From contig CALXZQ010000002.1 of NCBI GenBank assembly GCA_944393275.1, positions 1-43,886 on the forward strand: a stretch of DNA of 43,886 bases. Reading direction: 5' to 3'. Source of the DNA: an uncultured Clostridia bacterium. Lineage in GTDB: Bacteria > Bacillota > Clostridia > TANB77 > CAG-508. The first letter of the stretch is position 1. Each line of letters starts with the position of its first letter. Below are positions 9,212 to 18,429 of the stretch, piece by piece. The notes under the pieces were generated by a model. That model searched no databases and was not told the DNA's origin. It saw only the letters and a program-made list of their open reading frames with translations. Both the position numbers and the translations under genes were made by a program.

Positions 9212-10978
9212 TTATGCAGCTTGTTTAATATCTACTGCATTGTTATAATAATCTGTAATACTTAATAAACTTCCTTTTTCAACCTTAGATATTAAAAGTT
9301 GGGTATTATTAGCATATTCTTCAATAAAGTCATAATCTGCACAAGACTCATAATCATCAATAAAGATTGGAAATTTGGTTCTAGCAATTTGATTAAACAT
9401 ATTTGCAAATTCTAAAGCTGTAGCAATAGTTTCGGACCTTGAAAGATCGCATAATGAATGATTTTTATATGTTATTATAAAATCTTCTTTTATTTCTCCT
9501 GTTGTTTTAAGAACAGAATAAAATTTAATATCTACATTTTTTAAATATTGTTTTGCTAGTTTCATTTTTTCTTCAATATATGAAATATATAGTTTTTGTG
9601 CTATTTTTCTTGCCTCTTTTAATTCTGTAATATATTTATTTTGTATAATAATTTGTTTATTGAAATTAAAAATATCTCTTTTAGCACTTTCAATATTTTT
9701 TTGTTTTATAGCAACTTCTGTATTAAATCTTTCTATCTCTTTTTGTTCTAATTCTAATTCCTTGATGTTTTCTTGAATATTAGCAATTTTTTTACTATTA
9801 TCTATACTTGTATCTCCACCTAGTGCATTATATTGACATCTTTCAATTGCTAGTTTTAATTTTAAGTCTTTTTTCTTAGTCTCTAAAGTATTTTTTCTAT
9901 TGAAATCGTTTGTTAAGTCTTTTCTCATATTAATAATAGTTTTTTCTTTTGACGTATCTTGTATATGTTGTTCACAAGTAGGGCAGATACAATCTTTGCC
10001 ATTTTTTATTGCCAAATACTTTTGTTTACCTATTTTCATATTCTTTTCAAGTTCTTCAATTTCTGTTGATATATTTAGAATTTCTTTTTCTAAATCTTCT
10101 ACTTTCTGTTTTTGATTTTCTTTATTTTTAATTTGTTTATCATTAGATAATGAATCCAATTCTTGATATGCAAGCGAAAGTTCAATATCTTTCTCAAATT
10201 TTTTAGCTTCAGGTATTGCTTCATTTACAATATTCTGTGCATATTCTATTTTTCCATAAAGAGAATTTATGTAACTTTCTGCACTTTTCATATTTTGATT
10301 TAATTCAGTAATGTAACTTGGCATATCTCTTGGAATGCCCTCTAAGATTCTTTGTTCCTCTTTACCTAAGTTATCATACGCCATATCCATAAAGATATTT
10401 AATATGTGTGTATTTACAAATTCTTCTTGCTCTTTCTCTGGTAAATTGTAAAATGATTTTTTATCTTTATTGTATCTATCTAAAAGTTTATTTTGTTCTT
10501 GATTATCTAAGTGTGTAAATATTTCATAAGGTTTTATATCTGACAAATATTTATCTACCATCTCCTTCTGTTCTGCAGTTTTTTTACTTAAAAAGTAGAT
10601 TGGATTTATAATAGATAAAAACAACTTTTTATCTTTATAAAAGCTACTAAGCTCATTTTGTGTTACTGGCTTTCCATCAAGTGTAAGAAAATTATTTTTA
10701 GTTCCAATTCTGCTTTTACCTCGAACTAATATATGCTTAATTCCTTTATTATCAGTAAAGTGTAACTCACCATAGGAAGCATCACAATTTTTATTGATTA
10801 AACATGCTTTTTCATCACCTGATAAATTAGTTCCAAGCATTATATTAATAATTGCATAAAGTATATTACTTTTTCCAGACCTGTTCTTTCCAGTAATAGT
10901 TGTTACATCATAGAGTTCAGTTTCAAATATTTTTTCAAATTTTCTAAACCCTATAGTCTTCACATAATTAATTTTCAT
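9212..10978 (-). CDS. Rad50/SbcC-like SMC-family ATPase with CxxC hook
   Basis: Walker A GKNRSGKS, a long coiled coil and a central DCICPTCE (9971-9994). The C-terminus carries the signature LSRSE and Walker B PIFIDDYE. Confidence 0.75.
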   Translation of the reverse strand: MKINYVKTIGFRKFEKIFETELYDVTTITGKNRSGKSNILYAIINIMLGTNLSGDEKACLINKNCDASYGELHFTDNKGIKHILVRGKSRIGTKNNFLTLDGKPVTQNELSSFYKDKKLFLSIINPIYFLSKKTAEQKEMVDKYLSDIKPYEIFTHLDNQEQNKLLDRYNKDKKSFYNLPEKEQEEFVNTHILNIFMDMAYDNLGKEEQRILEGIPRDMPSYITELNQNMKSAESYINSLYGKIEYAQNIVNEAIPEAKKFEKDIELSLAYQELDSLSNDKQIKNKENQKQKVEDLEKEILNISTEIEELEKNMKIGKQKYLAIKNGKDCICPTCEQHIQDTSKEKTIINMRKDLTNDFNRKNTLETKKKDLKLKLAIERCQYNALGGDTSIDNSKKIANIQENIKELELEQKEIERFNTEVAIKQKNIESAKRDIFNFNKQIIIQNKYITELKEARKIAQKLYISYIEEKMKLAKQYLKNVDIKFYSVLKTTGEIKEDFIITYKNHSLCDLSRSETIATALEFANMFNQIARTKFPIFIDDYESCADYDFIEEYANNTQLLISKVEKGSLLSITDYYNNAVDIKQAA

Positions 10979-11187
10979 ATTTTCATTTTCCTTTCTCGGT
11001 TATAAGACTTTCGTAAATATTGTGGTAAAATCCAATCTTCTGTACCATCCTTAAATTTTACATGAAAATCTTTAAAGTATGAATCACGTTCAAGTATTAT
11101 TGCTGATATATTTTTATAGACTTTACCATCATTTTGTCCAGGACCATATACAAGAACCTTACTACCTTTTTTGAATTTATTAAACAT
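10975..11187 (-). CDS. Small hypothetical protein
   Basis: 70-aa ORF whose stop overlaps the ATPase start (translationally coupled). Confidence 0.5.
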   Translation of the reverse strand: MFNKFKKGSKVLVYGPGQNDGKVYKNISAIILERDSYFKDFHVKFKDGTEDWILPQYLRKSYNRERKMKI

Positions 11188-11313
11188 TGTATATAATCTC
11201 CCTTTTAAAATTTTTGTTCAATATTGACTTTCTATTTTTTATTTGTTTTAATATAAAAAAGTTAATATGATTGAAAAAATAAATAGTAGTGTAAGAGTGT
11301 TATTAGTACATAC

Positions 11314-12463
11314 TTATACTGCTACTTTTTTTAGCATTTTTTCAACAAATTCTAGTTTCATTGCAAATTTTCTCTCTCCTATTTTACTGATTCCCAATCT
11401 AACAACTGTTCCTAAATCACATTGTGCAAGTTCTTCAGCATCTTCTGGTCTTATTACAATATTACTTATTTTATCTTCTACATCTGCGAACTCTCCTATT
11501 AAATATTCTTTTGATTCTCCCTTTTTATTTACTAAAGTTTCTACTGTTGTGCTTAGCAATACATAACAATTTTTTAGTTGTTCATTTGAATTTATATTAT
11601 CATCTTTTTGTGCATTTCTATTATCTTCTTCTGATTCTTTAGTTTGCTTTGTTTCTTGATTATTTTCCGTTTTCTTAGTAGTTTTTCTTTTCGTTGTAGT
11701 AGACTTTAGGCAATTTCCTGGCGCAGTATCTCTGTTTAATGCTGTATTTTGTTTGATATTGTTAATAACTTCTTGCTTCATTGCCTTACTATTCACATTT
11801 TCATCATTATTTGTATACACTTTTATTGTATTTTCTATTGTTCTTGGAATTTGTTTTATAGATTTAAAATCTTCTGTTTTTAAAATATCTAAGACATAAT
11901 TATTAAAAGTTTGACCTAAACTATTATACTGTTCAATTTGTTTTAAAAATATAGTATAATGCCCTTTAATTGATTTTCCTTGTGCTTTTTGTAATTTAAT
12001 ATAATCATCTAATATATTTATTGATGTTTGTCCTGTTATCTTCATTAGAAATATGCGGTCAGTACTGATGCTTGGTATTAAAAATTTAAGCCAGCCTATT
12101 CGATTACAGGCACATTTTCCTTGTTCATTTTTTTGTCTGTATTGGCAACTATATGTATCACAATCTATTTGCTGCCATCCGTTTTTTACTCTTTGCATTG
12201 CTTTATTTGAATCTTCTGAGCAATGACATACTTCCCCACTTTGATTATATCTAACATACTTTTTAGATAATGGCTCTTCACAAAAAAACTCAATATCAAT
12301 ACTTTGCTTTCCTTTAAATAATTCATCAAACTTTTTTAAATATGCTTGCATATGGTTTTCATGTGTTTTTGCTATAAAATATCCATATTCGATTACTTTA
12401 TTTTTGATTTTTTCTCCATGTTGAACTCTACCGTATAATCGGTAAATTTACTAATTGCTTCAT
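11314..12463 (-). CDS. Cys-rich hypothetical protein; frame changes +1 at CGG 12431-12433
   Basis: The ATG at 12463 follows GGAGG and gives MKQLVNLPII, then CGG TAG. The +1 frame from GGT continues GRVQHGEKIKNKVIEYGYFIAKTHENH into track ORF 11314..12351. Confidence 0.55.
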
Positions 12464-12480
12464 TTTTATTTCCTCCATTT

Positions 12481-12840
12481 CTATGCAGCTACTAATTCTT
12501 GCATACAATATTGTTTTTCTACTAATTTACTTAAGTCTATTTTATAAATAGGATAAATACTTGCTTCAATAACACATATTCCTGTTTGTTCCTTAATAAT
12601 TCCTAGATTTTTTAATTGTGGTATTAAAGTAGGTTTATATTGACAATTCACTATAATTTCATCTTCCTTTAATACTTTATTTGTGTCTAGAGTAATTTCT
12701 GCTAAGTGTGCCGTTTCGTTTGTTTCTGGATCAATTCCAAATAAACTTAATTGTAAATTTCCGTTTTTATACATTGAGCTATGGATAAAACAATTTTTGA
12801 ATATTATTTCGTATAGTTCAAAATTAAAACCACTTTTCAT
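12481..12840 (-). CDS. DUF4313-like protein
   Basis: 119 aa with SD GGAAGGAG. The pattern YKNGNLQLSLFGIDPETNETAHLAEITLD...YPIYKI resembles DUF4313 of conjugative elements. Confidence 0.45.
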   Translation of the reverse strand: MKSGFNFELYEIIFKNCFIHSSMYKNGNLQLSLFGIDPETNETAHLAEITLDTNKVLKEDEIIVNCQYKPTLIPQLKNLGIIKEQTGICVIEASIYPIYKIDLSKLVEKQYCMQELVAA

Positions 12841-13026
12841 TTTTTAAATCTCCTTCCATTTTTTTGTGTAAAAGATTTTTTGATATATCCTCCTTTCTTT
12901 TATTTTGGGCAAAAAAAGAGAAAGTAAATATCTAAAAATAGGGGGCTGTTTTAGAATTATTACTTTCTTTTATATACGCATAACAAATAATCTATATATT
13001 TGTAACTGCTAAATACCCATTTTATG

Positions 13027-13125
13027 CTACATTTTTCAAATGTAGATGTGCTACTACTAACTTAAATTTTAGTAGTTATGCTATAAAGATTAATTCTTTA
13101 TAGGTAGTTATAGTATAACTATAAC
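13027..13125. repeat. Cluster of three short perfect palindromes in a 560-bp non-coding spacer
   Basis: CTACATTT-TTC-AAATGTAG (13027-13045), CTATAAAG-ATTAATT-CTTTATAG (13081-13103) and GTTATAGT-ATA-ACTATAAC (13107-13125). GTAGTTAT is repeated directly. Confidence 0.7.
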
Positions 13126-13400
13126 ATAATCTTATACACACTAATATTTTACTTAGCTTTATATTTTATTTCAATAAGCACTATTAATATTTTTTTATCA
13201 TTGATATTTAGGCATTTTCTTATATTTTTAGTATGGAGTTTTAAATATTATTAAAATCCAAATATATTATAGATATAATACCTATAGAGGTTCATTTTGT
13301 TCTTCAAGAATTTTTAGAATCTCACTAGCCTTCATAGGTGGAATATTTTAAATTTATTACTTTCTTATATATGTGTTACTATTAATTTAAATTTTGATAT

Positions 13401-15233
13401 CTATTCTATTATAATTGCCTGTGAATATAGTTGTTTCCAATTGCTAATAAATTTCGATTTTGACTGCTTTGCATTTTGTCCAGCACTTGGATCATTTAAG
13501 TAAACATAGTTACTATCATATCCTATTAGTACAAAACAGTGCTCTCCTACTATTTCTTCAAAACTTCCACTACCGTCTGGATATTTCCAGGTTACTCCTT
13601 TTTCTGGTGTCCCTGCATTTTTTATTCCCCAAACTACTACTGGTTTTCCTTTATTTATGTAATCAAATAATGTGTTTTCACTACAGCCTGATATGTCTTT
13701 AACTCTGTTCCCTGCAAATGTTTTCATTGAAGTAACTATTGGCTCTGCAAAGCACCCATAAGAACCTGTATTTTTTTTCTTTGATGGATGTCCAACAAAG
13801 ACTTTAAAAGGATTTCCACCATAATAGATTTCAGTTGCATCATCATAATATTTTCCTCTATCATCTGTAGGTGTAGCATTTACGACTTGACTTGCTGATA
13901 CATTATAGCCTGCAAATTTCAATACCATTGCTGCTGATACTGCTTCACAGCCTGTTGGGTAGCCTAAAGAAAATTGGTTTAAATATGGAACATTTTTTAC
14001 TATTTTGACATCATTTTTGGTTGGTATAGTATATGTTTTTGGTGCAGGTTTATTTGTACTATATAGAGAATATAAAGAATAGCCAACTATCCCACTTCCA
14101 TTCCTTACTTTTGCCCATCCATTATTTAGTTTTTTTAGAAGTTCTACTTCTTCATCAGCTCCTGTTACAGCCAATGATTTTGAGCTTTTATCTGCCTTAA
14201 CTCTAATACTATTTTTACCTTTAGCATACAATACTTTGTTCTCTTTTGGACTTTTTACGACATTAAATGCACATTCTACCTGTTTATCTCCATTGTCAGT
14301 AATTGCTAAAACTGTTGTCTTTCCTATACCTTTTGCTGTTACAATTCCGTTTTGATCTATTTTTAATATACTTTCATTACTTGAGCTCCATGTTACATTT
14401 TTATATGTTGCATTGTCGGGACTTACTGTCGCTGATAAAATATATCTTTGATTTTTTCCTATCTCTACATTGTTATCATCAATTTCAATTTTTTCTACTG
14501 GATTTTTTGATACTATTATTTTTATTTGATTCTCAGCTTCTCCATTTATATTAGAAACTTTTATTATTGCTTCTCCTTCTTTTATCCCTTGTGCTTTTCC
14601 ATCTTGACTAACTTTTACAATTTCTTCATTTTCTGATAAATATTTTAGTTCCGTATTACTTGCCTCTGCTGGAATTACTGTTGCAACTATCTGATATATT
14701 TCATTAATTTTTATATTTTTTTCATTTTCTGATAAAGAAATTTCTTTTGCTTTAATAACTACATTAATATCTTTCTCTGCTTCTTTTCCATCGCAAATCA
14801 CCTTTATTTTTGCATTTCCTTTATTTTTTCCCTCAATACTACTACTCTCACTATCGATGCTTATTATATCATTATTCGAACTTTCTATTGTATATGGATA
14901 AAAGTTTGCATTGTCTGGATAATATTTTATTTGTACTCCGACTTTTTCTCCAACTTCTAAAGTAGCCTGTTCATTAATAATCTCTATTTTCTCTAGCTTT
15001 ATAAACTTTGATAATACAAATATCTTAATATCTTTAAAGTTAAATATTCCTATAATTATGCATATAATTATAAACAAAATAAGACTTATTATACTAAGTT
15101 TCTTTTTGTTTATCTTTTTGTCTTTGTTTATATCTTTCTTTTTATCTATATTCTTGTATATATTTTGTTCAATTTTTTTATCTATATTTTGGTCTAGATT
15201 TATTCTTTTTATTTTTCTACATTTATTTTCCAT
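13401..15233 (-). CDS. Membrane-anchored surface protein: Big_2 repeats, SH3b-like domain, C39-like cysteine peptidase domain
   Basis: Lys-rich N-terminus and a TM helix, then about four Ig-like Big_2 repeats (ATVIPAEASN..., ATVSPDNATYKNVTWSS), NGWAKVRNGSGIVGY, and a C-terminal YPTGCEAVSAAMVLKFAGYNVS ... EHCFVLIGYD. Confidence 0.75.
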   Translation of the reverse strand: MENKCRKIKRINLDQNIDKKIEQNIYKNIDKKKDINKDKKINKKKLSIISLILFIIICIIIGIFNFKDIKIFVLSKFIKLEKIEIINEQATLEVGEKVGVQIKYYPDNANFYPYTIESSNNDIISIDSESSSIEGKNKGNAKIKVICDGKEAEKDINVVIKAKEISLSENEKNIKINEIYQIVATVIPAEASNTELKYLSENEEIVKVSQDGKAQGIKEGEAIIKVSNINGEAENQIKIIVSKNPVEKIEIDDNNVEIGKNQRYILSATVSPDNATYKNVTWSSSNESILKIDQNGIVTAKGIGKTTVLAITDNGDKQVECAFNVVKSPKENKVLYAKGKNSIRVKADKSSKSLAVTGADEEVELLKKLNNGWAKVRNGSGIVGYSLYSLYSTNKPAPKTYTIPTKNDVKIVKNVPYLNQFSLGYPTGCEAVSAAMVLKFAGYNVSASQVVNATPTDDRGKYYDDATEIYYGGNPFKVFVGHPSKKKNTGSYGCFAEPIVTSMKTFAGNRVKDISGCSENTLFDYINKGKPVVVWGIKNAGTPEKGVTWKYPDGSGSFEEIVGEHCFVLIGYDSNYVYLNDPSAGQNAKQSKSKFISNWKQLYSQAIIIE

Positions 15234-15283
15234 ATTTCTTACTTTCCTTTGTACATATTTTACTTTTCATCCTTCTCTATATA

Positions 15284-15312
15284 TAGATCATTAAAAATAT
15301 AAAAAAGTTTCA
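15284..15312 (-). promoter_or_regulatory. ECF-type promoter copy 1 (TGAAAC-N17-GATCTA)
   Basis: The minus strand reads TGAAAC TTTTTTATATTTTTAAT GATCTA upstream of the peptidase gene. 38 bp (15289-15326) are identical to 18989-19026. Confidence 0.6.
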
Positions 15313-15410
15313 TTTTTTATTAATTTTATCATTTATATTTTATCTGTATAGAATTATTTTAATTATATCATATTTAGATTTATTTTCTCAATAATATTAT
15401 TTTTATATTA

Positions 15411-15587
15411 TTAGTAGTTATAGTTTACTTTAAAAAAATGTTGCCCACCGACCTTAGTTCTGTCTTTTTCATTCCTTTCTGCATATAAAATACTGCCATT
15501 TCTTGCTGAGTTGTTTTTAACTATATATTTTCATGTATGAATATGAATATCAGTAACACCTGCATATCCATAAGTTATAATAAACAT
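15411..15587 (-). pseudogene. Short gene remnant with in-frame TGA
   Basis: MFIITYGYAGVTDIHIHT, then TGA, then 39 more in-frame codons (KYIVKNNSARNGSILYAERNEKDRTKVGGQHFFKVNYNY). No SD was seen. Confidence 0.25.
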
Positions 15588-15632
15588 ACTATTTTTATAT
15601 TGTATCTAATATATTAAAGATTATATGCATTT

Positions 15633-16694
15633 TTACATAGTTACTAATATTAAACTATGCGTATTTACCTCTCCTTCTACATCATTTAGATAGTACCAGT
15701 AAAGATTATCTTTCCAATGTTCTTTTATTATATATTTGTATATATACGTTCCTACTCTGTTTGGATCTGACCTTTTTCCTCCAATTGTCCTTCTATTTAT
15801 AATAAATCTATCTATATTACTTCTATATTGTATATCTATTATTTGTAATACTCCATATGCGGCATAGTCACAAATCCTTAGACTTGAATCTATACCTTTT
15901 TTACCTTTTTCAATTAATTCATCTAAAGCATACTTATTTTCTGATATTATAGTGCTTTCATTTAAGTAAATATCTCCTTGCTTTATTGCTTCAAGTACCA
16001 TACACCCATCATTTATTGCTTGTTCTTTTGTATACTCTTCTGTTATATCCTCAATTGGAGTAATTCCCTCGATTCGCAAAGATGATGAATCTTTCTCTAT
16101 TTTTATTGTTTCTCTTAATAGTGTTTTATCTACCACAACACATATTTCTGTCCTTAGTTTATTAAAGTCTGGATTTTCTTTTGGTGCTAACTTTACAATG
16201 GTATTGTTTTCATCTGCAGTAATTTCTACTACTGTTAAATCATTCTCCCAAGAATTTATTAACGAAACTTCTCCATGAGTAATTAATAGTAAAAAGTTTT
16301 TATTAAAATCTATTTCTGAACTTTCAGGTAATTCATTTACTTTTTCTTTACATTCTTTGTATTTTTCTTCATCTGCTATTATTTTATAATACATATTACT
16401 TTCTTTATCATAACTCATGCCTGCTGTAATTTCATCTGAATACCAACCATTTTCATTTCTAAATAGCCCTCTTAAATTTATATCATCATCTTTCTTTATA
16501 TATGTATTATATATTTGTGTACCAGCTAAAACTATTCCCATTGTACCAACTATCGTTATAACCAGAGTTGCGACTATTTTTAATAATTTGTTTTCATTCA
16601 TATTTTTTTCATCGCCAATTTTATTTAAAATCATCTTATAATCATTATCCATTTGTTCTTTCAAGTATTCACTCATTTCCTTTTTAGTTTTCAT
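15633..16694 (-). CDS. Anti-sigma factor paralogue 3 (single TM, DUF4362-like ectodomain)
   Basis: Track ORF 15633..16724. The ATG at 16694 follows GGAGGTGA and overlaps the sigma stop. It has a TM helix (LLKIVATLVITIVGTMGIVLAG) and an ectodomain with YYKII...ELP...DFNKNF...NPDF...VVDKTLLRE...AINDGCMVLE. Confidence 0.7.
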   Translation of the reverse strand: MKTKKEMSEYLKEQMDNDYKMILNKIGDEKNMNENKLLKIVATLVITIVGTMGIVLAGTQIYNTYIKKDDDINLRGLFRNENGWYSDEITAGMSYDKESNMYYKIIADEEKYKECKEKVNELPESSEIDFNKNFLLLITHGEVSLINSWENDLTVVEITADENNTIVKLAPKENPDFNKLRTEICVVVDKTLLRETIKIEKDSSSLRIEGITPIEDITEEYTKEQAINDGCMVLEAIKQGDIYLNESTIISENKYALDELIEKGKKGIDSSLRICDYAAYGVLQIIDIQYRSNIDRFIINRRTIGGKRSDPNRVGTYIYKYIIKEHWKDNLYWYYLNDVEGEVNTHSLILVTM

Positions 16695-17223
16695 GTCTTT
16701 CACCTCCCAAATAGGATATTTCAATATTTTTTAACATTCTGTATAAATTACTTTTTACTGTGGATTCTTTTATACTTAATTCTTTAGATATTTCCTTAAA
16801 TGACATATCTAATATAAAATGCAAGTAAAATATTTTAGCAGTATCGTGATTTTTAGAATTTATATAGTTTAAAATCTTATTAACATTGTCTTTTGTAATA
16901 AAATCTTCCTCTAAATTTATTCCTGAATCTATATCCATCATTTCTTCATTATCATATTCCTGAGGCATAGGAATAGATTTTAATTTTTGGTTAGAATTGT
17001 TCTTTCGAATTATTTTATTTTTTGCAATAAAAAAAATATATGAATGATAGTTAATAATTTTCTTCTTATCACTTAAAACTTTATATAATTCTAAATATGT
17101 TTCTTGCAAAATATCCTCTGCATCTTCTATATTTCTGCAATTACATATTATATATCTAAGGCTATTTGTGTATGTCTCTTTATATATTTTCTCAAACTTT
17201 TTTAATATACTTTTGTTTCTCAT
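16684..17223 (-). CDS. ECF-type sigma-70 factor paralogue 3
   Basis: Track ORF 16684..17253. The real start is probably the ATG at 17223 behind AGAAAGGAG, because the promoter -10 lies inside the track extension. It carries ILQETYLELY (region 2) and FKEISKELSIKESTVKSNLYRMLK (region 4). Confidence 0.8.
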   Translation of the reverse strand: MRNKSILKKFEKIYKETYTNSLRYIICNCRNIEDAEDILQETYLELYKVLSDKKKIINYHSYIFFIAKNKIIRKNNSNQKLKSIPMPQEYDNEEMMDIDSGINLEEDFITKDNVNKILNYINSKNHDTAKIFYLHFILDMSFKEISKELSIKESTVKSNLYRMLKNIEISYLGGERHEN

Positions 17224-17245
17224 ATTTTTCTCCTTTCTATCTATA

Positions 17246-17274
17246 AAGAGCATAATTATTTAAAAAAAGTTTCA
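17246..17274 (-). promoter_or_regulatory. ECF-type promoter copy 3 (TGAAAC-N17-GCTCTT)
   Basis: Minus strand reads TGAAAC TTTTTTTAAATAATTAT GCTCTT upstream of sigma paralogue 3. Confidence 0.6.
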
Positions 17275-17326
17275 TTTTTTATAATTTTTTTAAATTGATA
17301 GAGTTTATATTTTTCTATATAAATTA

Positions 17327-17357
17327 AGCAGGTGCAGTTTTTAGTACCGGACCTGCT
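17327..17357 (-). terminator. Hairpin between sigma modules
   Basis: AGCAGGT / ACCTGCT stem with a 17-nt loop, 40 nt downstream of the anti-sigma stop at 17395. The U-tail is weak. Confidence 0.4.
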
Positions 17358-17394
17358 AAATTTTTCTTATAATTTTTCTATATTATTTTTTAAT

Positions 17395-18429
17395 CTATAT
17401 TTTTATATTAAATAAAGGTGTCATATATTCTTTTTGATTATCATTATTATATCCATAGGAATAAATATTTTGATCTTTAAAAATATGTTGTTTTATTAAA
17501 TATTTAAATGAATATGTTGATATTTCTGAATTACTAGATTCTAACTTTTTTAAAATAAAAATTTCGTTATAATATTGTAAATCATATATTCTTACTTTTT
17601 CATTCTCTTTATGATAGATTCTTAAATAACAATCTATTTTATTTTGTGATTTTTCAATAATTTCATCTAATGCATATTTATTCTCTGATAAAACATTTTC
17701 ATTCTCTATTACAAAACATCCATCCTTTATAGCATCCTCTTTGCTATAGTCTTTTTTTAATTTATCTAATGGCACAACATTATCATTTTTTATTTCTGCA
17801 GGTATAAATTTTATTTCTACTTCTTCCCTTAATAATGATTTATCTACTATTGCATATATTAGTTCTTCAGCTTCATCATAATTAGGATTTTCTTTCTGTT
17901 TTAATGTAATGTAACTTTTACTTTCATCAACATCAATATTAGATATTGTTAGATCATTTTTATGTGGTACATCTATACCTGTTTTTGCAATTATTATTAT
18001 AAAATTATTATTAAAATCAGTTTCCGTCATTTCTGGTAATTCATTAATTTTATTTCTAAATTCATCATATTCATTTGTATTTGTTACTATTTTATAATAT
18101 ACTCCTACTTCTTCTGAATAAATCATATTTTGATGAACATAGGCACTTGAATGCATTCCTTCAAAAGGTCCTTCTTTTATAATAAATAATGATTCAGGTT
18201 CTATTTGCTCTTGTTTTTTTATATATTCATTATAAATTTTTGTACTAGCAAAAACTATTCCTGTTGCACCTAGTATGGTAATAAGCAAAGTTGCAACTAC
18301 TTTTAATACTCTATTATTCTTTGGCATAGCTTCATCTTCTTTTATTTTTTCTATTATAGAATTATACATATCCTTTTCATTATAATATTTACTTTCAAAG
18401 TATTCTTTCAATTCATTTTTACTTTCCAT
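17395..18429 (-). CDS. Anti-sigma factor paralogue 2
   Basis: Track ORF 17395..18444. The ATG at 18429 follows GGAGGTGA. It has a TM helix (VLKVVATLLITILGATGIVFAS) and the same ectodomain family (YYKIV...ELPEMTETDFNNNF...NPNYDE...AIVDKSLLRE...AIKDGCFVIE). Confidence 0.7.
   Translation of the reverse strand: MESKNELKEYFESKYYNEKDMYNSIIEKIKEDEAMPKNNRVLKVVATLLITILGATGIVFASTKIYNEYIKKQEQIEPESLFIIKEGPFEGMHSSAYVHQNMIYSEEVGVYYKIVTNTNEYDEFRNKINELPEMTETDFNNNFIIIIAKTGIDVPHKNDLTISNIDVDESKSYITLKQKENPNYDEAEELIYAIVDKSLLREEVEIKFIPAEIKNDNVVPLDKLKKDYSKEDAIKDGCFVIENENVLSENKYALDEIIEKSQNKIDCYLRIYHKENEKVRIYDLQYYNEIFILKKLESSNSEISTYSFKYLIKQHIFKDQNIYSYGYNNDNQKEYMTPLFNIKI

Noticed and set aside
15411-15587. In-frame TGA in a 58-codon frame, together with the in-frame TAA at 2048-2050, considered as evidence for stop-codon reassignment.
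   Set aside because: These are single isolated cases in short, SD-less ORFs. All long genes terminate normally at TAA, TAG or TGA, and none requires stop read-through. They are treated as remnants.
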